From assembly GCF_009914755.1 (NCBI RefSeq), contig NC_060935.1: a stretch of 64,000 bases of DNA. One strand, written 5' to 3'. Positions 12,541-24,300 of the stretch are shown here, one piece after another (within the stretch, counting starts at the first letter, position 1; each line of letters opens with the position of its first letter). A program made the translations under genes and the position numbers. This DNA comes from the human T2T-CHM13v2.0 reference genome, Homo sapiens. The notes under the pieces were generated by a model that saw only the letters and a list, made by a program, of their open reading frames with translations, had not been told where the DNA came from and made no database searches.

Positions 12541-15500
12541 TAAACCAGTAGCAAGCAGTGGCAGTAACTTTTAAAGCTCAGCATCTGAAGCTCTCTTGGC
12601 CCCAGATAAGAGTTCTGGGGCCATCTGTCGAGATCACTATATACAATGCCAGGTTAACAAGTAATTGAGGCCCATTACATGAGGACAAGGGACAGAAATT
12701 TAAGCTCAATTCCACTGGCTGAAATAAAATGCTCAAAATGGCAGTCTCAGATCCAATACTTATATACTGCAGATAATAATGGATACCAGTTTTATCTTGG
12801 TACCTCCAGGACTGAGTATATTTTTTGTGAATGAAGAATCTGCTGGACAATTCTGCATTTAGTAACCTACATTGCAGTCACCCAGGCAAGCTAGTACCAG
12901 AAGGAGAAAAACTGTGTATTGGCTGTGATAATTGGTCAGTATAGCCAGGACGTCTGAGCCAGATGTATATAGATCTGACCCCATTCTTATTTTCCCTCAG
13001 TTTGTATCCGGGTCCCAAGATTTAAAGAGGGTACTAGGCAAGCTTGCTGGAGGACCTGGAATGGCCCAGCCAGAGTGTGGCACTGTGGGGTATGGGCTTA
13101 GTTTTTATTGGGGGGTCCCACTTGTCTGAAACCTGATTCTTTTCAGGCCAGCTGAGCCTCCTTCAGGTGAGAGGGATAGACAGCAGGCTATGGAGCTGGA
13201 AGCCTGGATTCCAGTGCTTTCTCCATCTTCTAAGCCTGACCAAGCTGGCAGGTGTCCCCTCCTCTTTGAGCTTCCCTTTCTCCTCTGTTACATGGGGCCA
13301 ACACCTGCCCCATAACATTGGGAGGGTTCAGTGGAATGGCACAGAAAGAAACGCTTCATAAGCAACGCATACATATAAATTGTTAGAATATTACCATTTA
13401 GGTCTGTGGACTCAAGGTAATTCAATAGCTGTAATTCTTTAAAAGCAATCTTCTTAAGAATGTTTGCCTCAATCAACTTCGTGTATTACTAACAGCTAAG
13501 TATATATCTGTCAGAAAGTGGACAAGTACTTTCAAGTACTCTAAAGGGAGGGGAAGGGCGTGAAGTGACATGTTTAGTGTCCTCCAGGGGTTCCCTACAG
13601 CCCTCATGTCATTTCATCCTCATTCTGCTCCTCTGAGGGGGGGTATTAGTGTCCCCATTTTCAGAGGAGGACACTAATGCTCCAGGAGGTTAGTGAGAGA
13701 CACAGCGTTGCACGGCAGCACTGGTTTCCACTCACGAACTTTGTAAATGCCTAAGTGCACTGTCCATGTTAACCAGTATTCATAGGGTAAATAACAAAAT
13801 ACATAATGGTGTTAATTCTAGTTCTCCCTGTTGTAGGAATTCTAGGATGGTCTAGGTGTTATGAGGATATATGCATCAAATGGCAGTGGGGTGGAAGTAG
13901 GGGTTGAAACACATGCCCGGTTCTGTGAGAGTGGAGTTTGGGCTCCCTTTGTTTGAAACAGCTGTCTTTCCTGTTCCAGTGGCCTTGGCTGCCCTAGCCG
14001 CTTTCCTAACCCTGCTGGTCTCAGGTGGTGCTAGGGGTGAAGCCTTGCTTTAACGCAGATGGTCCACAGGTTATATCCTGAAAGAAACTTCTGTACCTAT
14101 GGTCCTGAAAATGTGAACTGCTTTGAGACATTTTAGCAGTAAAAGGAGCCTTAAACCACAGTGACACACTAAAGGAGTCCATAGCCTTTGTGAAATGGGA
14201 CTTGACGCTCCTCAAATCTATGAGAAGTGAGAAGCAGGTTGTAAATTCTTAAACCCTAGTGAAACAAAAGAGGGAAGAATTTCATGAAGAACACAAAAAC
14301 TCTAAGGAAGAATTGAAATACATTTATAGCTAACTTAGCAACAATGACCTATTTTGAAAATAGGGGGCTGGTTTGAATTTTGTTTGTTTGCTGTTTCAGG
14401 GAGGTAATGTGAGTGATGGGTTATAGATTTGCCTCCTGGGGCTCTGGGCAGCAGAGGGGAGCATGGTGGGAACCACAGGCGGAAGAGCCCCTGGGGGAGC
14501 CCTGAGCACGTGGGCAGCACTGACAAAGCTGGCAAGGCCCCTGCCTTCCTGCCTTCTCCATTGCCCAACGCTTGCCCTTTCTCTGACTCTGAGTGTGTCT
14601 CACCTTCTCGCACTCTCTTAGGTTACTCTAGGTGTCTTCATATGTGTGCTTTCCTGTGTCTTTTTCTCTCTGTGCCGCTATTTCTACCTCTCTACTTCTC
14701 GCCTGTCTTTCTTACCACCTCTCTCAATCCCCGTTTTGTCTCTCTCCCTTAACTCATCAAAAGAGAGCTTAATAATATGCTTTTATGTATTTGTTTTATT
14801 TCTTGAGCAGCTTTTGTGTTTTCTGCCTCATACAAAAGTAGACAGGTGGGTGGGATGTTTTCTATTCATCTGGAAAACAAATACATACGGCTTTTCATTT
14901 ATACCACCCTTGAATGATTTCTACCCCTGCCTCCCCCAAAACTCAGCAATCAGGTCCAGCAATAAAAGTCCACCCTAGGGCTCCTAGCTTAGAGCAAGAG
15001 AGGATCTGTAGTGTTGCCTGACGCATAAGCAAGCAAGAGAAGCATGACAAGGGAGCATGCAGGGTGTAGGTACGCTTTGGGCATATGGAAATGGAGATCC
15101 CAGTTAGCAACCGCCCACTCACGTGCACCAGGCCTCTCCACCACCGAGCTCTGTCACTCTCCAGCCTGTGCCATGACCCTCCCAAGGGAGCTACCCCCCC
15201 AGAACTGAAGTTCACCTGGTGTTTGATGGCCCCCCTCCGACCTTTGCTTGGGCAGACCCCTCTATCTAGCATGCCTTGGCCACCCCCGGCTCTGTTCACC
15301 TGGTCAACACCTACCCATTGCTGAAGTCCTCCCTGATCCATGGAACCAGCTAGAATGGCCTCCTCCTTCGTGCCCCACTGTGATCAGAGGCGGGGTCTCA
15401 GTCATCCTGGTTTCCCTAGTGCCCAGCACAGTGCCTGGCACATAATAGGTATTCAATCAACATATGTTGGAAAAATGAAGAGTATAAAATCTTTTGTCTT

Positions 15501-16282
15501 CCACTTTACCAGAAGGATAACAAAGTGGGCAAACTTGGTCCTAGCTTTCAGGTTCCCACCCAGCCCCCCAGTTTTCCATTTCTAGACTTGCTCCCTGCAG
15601 TGGCCTTGCCCTTACATATCCACACCCCAGCTGCTTTCCAGGGCTCCCTCTGCCACAGAGCCTTCCGCAACTCCCCAGCCCTAGTTGGAAGAAGCCTGTC
15701 CTTCATCTGAGTTCCCAACTACCTGATCTGTTGTTGCTTGGTGGCCTGTCTGGTGGCTGTTTCAGCACCCCCACATAAGGCACACACACGACTGTCACCC
15801 CCACAACCCACAGTGAGCCAGCCCCCTATGGGTGGAACATCCACAGTGACCATAGATTAACTGAGCAAGTGAAGGCATCTCTGCCATCCCTTGGGAGGAG
15901 AAAAAGCCAGAAATGACAGTCCTGCCAGTCGACAGGAAGGAGGCAGAGAGTCAGAGCCCAGCCTCCCAGTGTGGCAAGGTGGTGCTCGGTGCAGGCGGTC
16001 GCTCTTCCCGGCAACATTGGATCAAAATGTTACACTACCTTTTTGGCCAGTGCGTCTCCCGGTCCATCTTCGCTTTCCCAAAACTTAGCTCTGACTGCTT
16101 GCCAATAGTATCTGAGAGGCAATCTAAAAGAGTCAAGCTGCATTATGGAGAGCCCCAGGAAGACTGCAGGGCACAGCTCATCTTGCAGAGAATGGCTCAA
16201 ATGCAAAAGGTTCATTCCTTCACCTACTCAGGTGGGCCTCACCAAGGAAATAAGATCAAGAAAGTGGTGTTCGTCTTTAGCA

Positions 16283-16288
16283 TTTATT
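16283..16288 (-). terminator. Candidate intronic poly(A) signal for the E-STOP 3' UTR
   Basis: AATAAA on the minus strand followed by a U-rich tract (tttcttgatcttatttcctt), ~2.9 kb past the E-STOP stop. The intervening sequence is poor in recognisable repeats. Other AATAAA at 18671, 17226 and 16803. Confidence 0.5.
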
Positions 16289-19209
16289 TATAATTGGAAA
16301 AACTGTTTGTTTGTTTGTTTTTCTGAGCAAGCACAGACCACAAGCACGTCACAATCAATTGGCTATACATGAATATTTTTGTCATTCTCTTACAGCAGGA
16401 ATGAAATAGCACCAAGAGAGGTGTGCGCTACATGTTACATAGACAATCTGTGGTATGCAACAAAACCCAGGCCACAAAATCGTAATTAGACACTTCCTGT
16501 CTGCCTCAGAGAGGCAAAGAAAGCTATGTGGACCGAATGGGAGCACAGACAGGACAGATTGCTGAGGGAAGCCAATGCGCAGCTCTTGGGGCTGCTTTTG
16601 CAGGCAGGGAAACAGCGGGAAAGCTTCAGTCCCAGCTCCCTCGCCAGGGAAGGACAGAGAACCACAGGGAAATGTACAGAGGCCAGTGGGACGAGCTTTG
16701 GAAGCTTGGTCACCTTCAGGAAGGCAACACCCAAACACTGCTTGTGGAACCAAAATCAGTTTCATTCAGTACGTTTGGGATATAGAATGAGACTGGCTGA
16801 GTTTTATTTGTAAACAGTAGAAATCAAAGGAAGTCTCTTGCCAGTAAAGTGACACATTCAAGAGTCAAAGTGAACTACAAACAGGGTTTTCTCAGTGGGT
16901 GTGTTAAGCAGAAGGGGATACTGACAGGTTGAAAAAGACATGCTACAGGTCCTCTAAAGCCTTGGGTGAGGGTAGGAAGTTGGTCCCTGGGGCAGTGAGT
17001 GGGGGCGGGGGGTGGGGAAGCCTGTGGGACCCTTATGTCAAACTGCGATTTGGGCAACACCAACTTGACTTGGTCATAGGGATCAAGTCATGTGCACCCT
17101 CTGGTTGTGTGGCTGTGGAGACAGATTTCTTTATACTGCCCACCACTTCTAGCACAGTGCCTGGCACACGGGCTTCTAGCAAGGGAATGCTAAATAAATG
17201 ATCCCCTGTGCATTGTAAACTCTGATTTATTTGATCTGCAAAAATAAATGATTATTCTATGGAGAAATCCAAATTGTGGCTAGCATCAACATGTCTGACT
17301 AATGCCAAATCTTGAGAGACTGAACATACATTGGCAAATCCTCTGGATACAATTAAGATCATGTTGCTAGAGCTTTCTGCTAAATGTTAAGATTAGCTGG
17401 CAAAGAGTTGGAATCAGTGCCAGGATCCACTCTAGTCATTTCCTGATAGCTTTCAAAATCTGTGACTCATAAACACGGAGACCCACCAGCATTTTCTACC
17501 TTCCTTCATACTTCTCCTTCCTCACAGTTTTAAACCCTGAGATAGAAAGGAAGGTCGCAGTGGGCCTGATCAACAACTTCGTTTCTGATATTCCTGTTCT
17601 GTTAATAATTATGGCTCATGTAGCACACGCCGAATTAATTTACAAAAGACTTCTCACTCAGCCCCAAGGTGACAACCAAAATGATGTAAGCAGAGACTTT
17701 GCTGCCTGAATGGTCGGAGTAAGAGAGAGTTCGTGGAGGCTCCACTTCCTCCAAACCAGAAGGACCTAAAGGGACTTTGAGGTAAGGAACTGTGAGACCC
17801 TCACTCTTCACCCCTTTCATTGTAAAAGAAGAGCAAGCCTGCGCCGGGGCTTGACACCGGACGGCAGCCCAGTGTGTCAGAATGCCGGGGACAAGAGGAT
17901 TTTAAGGACAGGAGATACAGAGTGTGCTGAGCAATATACACGTCATATTGGCAAATATTATTTTTCTGGTAACTATTTTGAGTTCCCTCACAAGCACTGG
18001 GGTTTTTTTTTTTCACAACAACTCCCTGACTAATTCCTACAACACAACTCTAGCACAGCGAAGGTGGCACTTGCCACCCTTGGGGGCTTTGGCCACACAC
18101 ACACACGACACGGAATATACTGAGAGCTGCTTTTATATATTAATGAGGTCAAAGCTGCTTGCTAATTAGTTAGCAGGGCAGTCTCCTAGTCTGCAGCTAA
18201 GTCACAGACATTCTCCCTGACCTGAGGCCTGGCACCGCTGCCCTCTCTGAGGAGCAGACCAGAGCGGTTCAGGAAGGGAGAGTAAACATCGCCACACTTG
18301 CCACTACATCTACGCCCCCTTGGGTCTCAGAAATGGAAAGTCAAATTCCAAACACACTATCCCTACACCTTGAACTTTCTTCCTCAGACATCTCCAACCG
18401 GTCGCTCTGCGAAACCAGCAGCATTGGACAGGTGGTCGGCCGAGGAGAATCAGAGGAAAACAGCCTCCTCATTTCTGTGATCTTCCTATGACAGCTGGAA
18501 TGTACCTAAAACACCTAACCTTCTTCACCAGCCCTGATCTAGTTTTAGTTATCAGTGGCGTATCTATGACTCGGTATACAATTTAAAGCCCACTGATAGG
18601 AAGCTAAACACAGGCACACATTTCTAATGGACGATTCTATGAAAAGACCACTTAACAGACACAACTCCCTTTTATTGACATTAAGGCCAAGGTTGTTTCT
18701 TTTTTTGTTATTTTTGTTTAATATTTCTTCAAATTTTGTCAATTGCTGAAGCCCAGGCTGAGCTTCTGTGGCACATGACGATTCTCTGAATTTTTGAAAA
18801 GAACACATGTACCTAAAGTTCAAAATCGACCAGTGACACAGATCTTGGGGATCTGGGAGGAGGAGACCCCACAGACACTTCCAAGCACTGCCGGGAGATT
18901 CGTTTCGCCTCTCAGACCTGCCTGCCTTGCTCATCAGCATGCAGTCAGAGTGCCAGGGGAGGGCACAGCCAGCGGCAACGCTTCCTGGTGCTCCAGGGGC
19001 TGCCCTCAGGAGGAGGCCTGCCACTCAGTCTGTGAAGCAGGATTCTTCCATCAAAAGAAGCCAAACCAAAGAGCTCCTGGAACACTCAGGACCAAGGCAG
19101 ATGAGAAGCCTCTAATTAATTTTGTGGCCTTTTTTGGTTTGTTGGTTTAAAAAAAAAAAGTTGGGGGGAGGGAGAGAGAGAGAAGAGTAAAAGGAAAGTG
19201 CAGGGAAAT

Positions 19210-19410
19210 TTACTCTTTCGCCTCAGCCAGTTTATTGTTCATCTCTTTGCTTTGCTCCTTGTCGTCTGGCTTGGTGGTACTCGGGCCCTCCGCGCTCTTT
19301 TTCTTGGCAGCCTGGCCTGACACCGCCTGCTTGTCTTTGGCCTTCCTCGTGGGCTTATGGCTCGCTGAGGTCTTTTTTGGTTTGGAACTCTGAACACTAG
19401 GTTTTTCCAC
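19210..19410 (-). CDS. MAP6: MAP6 exon 3 used as terminal coding exon of the short E-STOP isoform (read-through to TAA at 19212-19210)
   Basis: Unspliced reading gives GCG AAA GAG TAA (AEAKE-stop), matching the recalled 439-aa isoform that lacks the C-terminal repeats. Confidence 0.9.
   Translation of the reverse strand: MEKPSVQSSKPKKTSASHKPTRKAKDKQAVSGQAAKKKSAEGPSTTKPDDKEQSKEMNNKLAEAKE
19214..19410 (-). CDS. MAP6: MAP6 exon 3 (197 nt; Lys-rich VEKPSVQSSKPKK...KLAEAKE)
   Basis: Acceptor gtctgtctctccgtacag|GTG (AG at 19412-19411) and donor GA|GTAAAT (GT at 19213-19212). Matches ORF 19210..19410; phases fit exons 2 and 4. Confidence 0.96.
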
Positions 19411-19679
19411 CTGTACGGAGAGACAGACCGCAAATACAGAAACACAAAAAGGTGGGGCGTGGGAAGGAATTTAGAGAGAAAAGATATGGTTAATTAAGGA
19501 ATGACGGTAATGACAGAGGTTGGCTCAGGTGGAGCACAGTGCATAAGGTGTTCCCAAGGACATTAGGGCATTCGGCATCTCCCGTCTGAACTCCCTGTTC
19601 CGTCACTTTGGCAGCACCCACTGGCCACGTGGTCTCCCTTGTCCTGCCAGCCTTCCACCGACCACCCCAGGCAGTGGGC

Positions 19680-20020
19680 CATACCACTGTTGGGCAATAT
19701 TTGAGCCCCTCCCTGTAGGAAGTTAACACCTCATCACGTTGCTCAACTCACCCACAGGCATAGGATTTTGCTTTAGTCAATGAAATGTGAGCAGTGACTT
19801 GGGTCACCTTCAGGCGGAAAATTCGAGAGTCAGCCTGTGCTGCCCAGTGCTCTCTTTTCCTCTGCCACAGAGACAGGCTGCTCTGCCACCCAAGACCCAG
19901 ATGGAGAGGCAACGAGGGTTAGAGTGGCAGCCAACCCACAATGGATATTAATGAGAAATAAACCTTTGTTGATGTAAGATGCAGATGTTCTGGGGCGGTG
20001 GGTCGCTGCAGCACCCGCTG
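19680..20020 (+). mobile_element. Old MaLR LTR (MLT1J-like)
   Basis: ctttagtcaatgaaatgtgagcag...gagaaataaacctttgttg motifs typical of MLT1; boundaries approximate. Confidence 0.55.
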
Positions 20021-20509
20021 GCTTCCCCTGTTCTGTCTCTAGGCTGGCTCACCCATATGGAGAAGCATCCTCGCTGAGATGCTTTGGGCAGGGGGGCATC
20101 TCCAGTCTCAGCTAGGCTTTCCGCTGCCAGCACTCTGCTCCTCCTCTCTGCCTGGCTCCTCCACCATTTTCCCCAGAGCAGCTGTTCTAAGCTCACTCCA
20201 CTCTCCCCAACCTCCCTCCTCTAGCTCTGTCCCCTTCATCTGGAGAAGATGGCCTTGCCTGCTCTTTCTCAGGAAACTTCGGAGTCACTGAAAGTGACCC
20301 CTCAATAGGCCACCCCCCTCATCTATCTCTAGATTTAGTTTCCCTCATTTTCCCTCCTTCCTTCTCTACGTCCTCTTTTGTCCAATGCTAACCCCATGCC
20401 CCGGGTGCCACACCATCTCTGGATGGACAGAGCTGATGCTGGGCCTTGCAGGCTGGATCATTCACTCACTGAGGTGCAGCGGCTTTCAGTCACTCCTGAC
20501 CTGTAAGGA

Positions 20510-20619
20510 AAGGAACCAATCGTCCTGGTTTGCCTGGAACTGAGAGGTTTCCTGGAACACAGAACTTTCAGTGCTAAAATGGAAGAATCCCAGGCAAACT
20601 GGGTCGGTTAGTTACCTTA
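20510..20619. mobile_element. MER94-like hAT-Blackjack MITE
   Basis: accaatcgtcctggtttgcctggaac...tcccaggcaaactgggtcggttagttacc, an internal inverted-repeat structure. Confidence 0.65.
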
Positions 20620-21514
20620 CCCATAAACTGGTCCTGGGCCAAATAGGAAACTCCACTGAAGTGCAAGACTTTAGGACAAAAGCAGAGAAAAGGATAATTA
20701 GGTTCCAGAGTTATTTAAGTTCTCAGGCATTTTCTGCTATTATAGAGAGGACAGTGGATATTTGTACAATTCCATGGGGCCTGACATCAGAAGATGCTAG
20801 ATTGCATGGCTTATATGATTCCTGCTTCACCAGCTATATCTCCAACATGCTTCTCCTGATCACGAACTCCTATGTAAGGTGGAGGAATGTTACCTTAGGA
20901 AAATCCTTGAGTCCACTTTCACAAACTGTTCATTTTGGTAACAAATGCTGGGAACATATATTATAGCTGATGTGACAGGTGTGTTGTGACAGACCGAGAA
21001 GTCATAGTGGATGGTGTTTAGCCCGAGAAGATGAGAGAGGGCAGGTGCTTTTCAGGGACTAGGGAGGGAAGAAAGGGTCCAGTGATTGGAGCCAAGGATG
21101 AGGCAAGGCAGGGTCTGGTGGGAGGGGAGCCGGGCATGGGGGCCTACAATACTGGGCCAGCCCTTCTGGGGCCCAAGCACATCTATTTTAAGACAAGGGG
21201 ATTTAGGGCTCAGGTGAGGTTTTCTGCCATTGTTTATCTGGATTTCTCAAAATCAGAAGCTAATTCCCTGGAAATCTGCCAGCCTTTAAGCTGTCTTTAT
21301 TTTAGGTGATGTTCCTCTTTAATATTCCCTTTGAGTTTAACAAAGGTTCCTATTGAAGATGGCCCTGGGTCTCAGTGTGCTTTAGAGGAAGCAGGGATTT
21401 TAAAGGTGCCCGTGGAGGCTGGGCCAGATTTGACAGCAGCCCACCCCATGCTCTGCTGCAGTTAACCCTTATGGTCCAGGCTGTGCTGATGGGTTCCCAC
21501 AAGGTCTGTCTCAC

Positions 21515-21728
21515 CTTTGGGGGTTCCTTGAAGGGTTCGCTGTAGAGGCTGCGTATTCTTCTGCGATCAATGACCTTATTGTCAGCTGTTGTTGGCTTGC
21601 TGGCCTCTCCTTTGAACTGAGCACTGTAGCTGGTCTCATGAACCATCTTATCATCTGGGGGCTTGTACTGGGGCTTGGCCTTTATTGGTTTCACAGGCTT
21701 GATGTCCGTCCATGCCCTGAATTCATTC
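21515..21728 (-). CDS. MAP6: MAP6 exon 2 (214 nt; NEFRAWTDIKPVKP...ETSYSAQFKG...EPFKEPPK)
   Basis: Acceptor ctttctttgactaacag|G (AG at 21730-21729) and donor AAG|GTGAGA (GT at 21514-21513). Core of ORF 21350..21748. Contains the C-terminal part of the Mn3 microtubule-binding module. Confidence 0.96.
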
Positions 21729-23232
21729 CTGTTAGTCAAAGAAAGCATATGTGATATGAAGCATCATCTGCCTGGAAGCAGAGCTCCTGACACAGGGCTG
21801 CAAACACAGCAAGCTCTCCATCAGTGCTTGCAGCATTGACTGAAGTGTGGCTGGAGGGTTAGCCTCACTCTTTCATAAGGAAGAGTGCAAGTCTCCCTTC
21901 TTGCAAAGTTGACCCAGGTTGGGTTGTGGCAATAGCAGTTGTGCCTTGGAGAAAGAGATCAGGTTCCCAGCTCCACACTGTGTGACCATGGGCAGGCAAT
22001 TCTAATCTTCAGGGCTCTTTTTCCCAATCTTGAAAATGAGACTGAAAAAACCCAACCCATTCAGTCATTCATGAAGTCAAAAAATATTGAGTGCCTGCTA
22101 TGTGCAAAGTTGAAGAGTTGTGAAATTAAATGAGACAATGTATTAGGCACACTGTCTGATATATTGTGGCATATCAATGAATGCCAGTTCCCTTCCCCCC
22201 TTTTTCATAATGAAGAACTTTTGTTGCCCAGATTCCTTGAGGATAATTCCCCCATTTGAATAGCAGAGGGCTTGCTTCTTGGAGGGCCAGAACTTTAACA
22301 ATCTTAATCACTTTAGATGAACATCCTCGTGAAATGTCTAAATATTTGCAGATCGTTAGTAAGCAACACAGACTGAACATAATTTGGAGATCACAACTAC
22401 GACTTGTGTTGGGCTGTGTGTGTGTAGGAGCATCTTCGTGTGCTTTGGTGTAAATGGCTATTGGTCCTTATCCTAAATGATCCTCATCTGCTGCTTTTTT
22501 GAGTCAATGTGTCAGTTTTCTTGTTCTCTGCAATCCATCTCGTGGTTTCTAATCAGCTGTTTATGAACTGTTATAGGGCTGGAGAGTAGATGGCTGACAA
22601 TGTTCAAAACAGAGTTAAAAAATGTAGCTGTTGACACAGGCCACGAGGGTCTATTCTGTTTGTTAAGTGCACGAGAGTCAATGCATGAACTCTGTGGCTT
22701 CTGGGGTCTTTATTGGGTCTGTTCTCCTTTGGGGGCACAAAAAGCTGCACTGTGGGAAAGGAGGAGTTAGGGCATGAATATCTGTGGAGTTAGGTTCTTC
22801 CAAGTCCCACTGTCTCCCTCACTGATGACTCCCTCCTTCAGGGCTCAGAGAGGAGTGTCAGGAACAAGGAGGCCGCAGGAGGCAGGAGAAAGAGCTTGGA
22901 CTGCGACGGAGACACGCAGGCTCTCGTGCTAGCACTGCCTTATGCTGGCAGGCCTTTCCCTGCTCTGAGCATTCGTTTTCTCATTTGTAAAATGAAAGAA
23001 TTAGGCCAAACAAGGTCCTTATAATGTCCTTCTAGCTCTGAGGCTGTCTTAGTTGATAAAGCTGATTTGGTAACACTGAGCCACTTGCCGGTTATTTGAC
23101 CTCCTGTTCTCCGTATTTCTTTAGGGGAACTGGCTCATATGTGAAGAGAGACTACTGGCTTTTAAGAGACCCTTCCCTGAGCTTCAGACTCTCCTTTCCA
23201 GTGCAGCCTGGGTCCCCACCTAGATGCCCCAT

Positions 23233-23665
23233 TGTTATGGTTCGAATGTTTGTCCCCTCTAAAACTCACGTTGAAACTTCATCCCCAGTGTGGCAGCATT
23301 GAAAGGTGGGGCCTGTAAAAGGTGACTGGGTAATGAGGGCTCTGCCCTCATGAATGATTTAACCAATTCCTGGATTAGTGTATTAATAGGCAATTGATTG
23401 ATGAGTTGCCATGGGAGTGGGACTGGTGGCTTTTATAAGAAGAGGAAGAGAGACCTCAACTAGCATACTTGGCCCCCTCGCCATGTGACACCCTGTGCTG
23501 CCTCAGGACTCTGCAGGGTCCCCACCAACAAAAAGGCCCTCACCAGATACGTCTCCTTGGCCTTGGACTTCCCAGCCTCCAGAACTGTAAGGAATATATT
23601 TTATTTCTTATAAATTACCCAGTTTCAGATATTCTGTTATAGGCAACAGAAAATGGAAAAAGACA
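23233..23665 (+). mobile_element. MaLR solo LTR (MST/MLT1A family)
   Basis: TG...CA ends: tgttatggttcgaatgtttgtcccc...cttcccagcctccagaactgtaag...aggcaacagaaaatggaaaaagaca. Confidence 0.85.
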
Positions 23666-23749
23666 CCTACCAACAACTCAGACTCAATGTCCCTAGAACC
23701 AAATCGTCTTGTTTTCCCTGCCAAAAATTATTTTCTCCTCCTGGACTCC

Positions 23750-24300
23750 CTCATCATTCATTTTCACCCATTCATTCAGTCATTCATTCATTCACGAAAT
23801 ATGTACTGAGTGCTTATGGTCTGCCTAACAGGATGCTGGGTGCTATGGAACCCAAGTGAGTAGGAAAAGGCCCTGTGGGGACCAACCTGCAGGCAGTGTG
23901 GGTGGCTGGGCTCACATTTAGTGGGGAAGGGCATAAGAGGCTAGACAGGCCATGGAGGCCATGCCAGCCATGTTAAGGGGACAGTCTCCACTGTAGCTAA
24001 GGGTTGCCAAATGATTTCAAGCCAAGGATGAGTGTGGCCAGGTTAGTTTTGGAAAGAGAATTTTGAGAGCAGTGTGAATGGTGGACAGAAGGGAATAGTG
24101 GAGGCAAGAGGCCAGGCAGGAGACTGCTGTTAGGAAGTAGGGGAAGCAGGGGGCGGAGAAGAGGGTGCTGGGTCAAGAGGGAGAATGGGCAGGACTTGGA
24201 AACTCATGAGGTGAGGTCAAGGGGGCATCTGGGGAGACTCCAGGACTCTGGCTGGGGGGCGGTAGTCCCCCACTGAGACGTGGAAATTGGGAAGAAAATA
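23750..24300 (-). mobile_element. L2 fragments
   Basis: (cattc)n tail with aaatatgtactgagtgc, then purine-rich L2-like body. Confidence 0.5.

Noticed and set aside
15761-15769. REST/RE1 site (TTCAGCACC; similar half-site near 48822)
   Set aside because: Only the left half-site is present, with no properly spaced GGACAG right half.
19239-19445. Arg-rich alternative-frame ORF over exon 3
   Set aside because: Starts in the intron and is a shifted reading of the Lys-rich exon; no supporting signals.
21350-21748. 132-aa ORF as a stand-alone gene
   Set aside because: It is MAP6 exon 2 plus intronic read-through on both sides; canonical splice sites bound the real exon.
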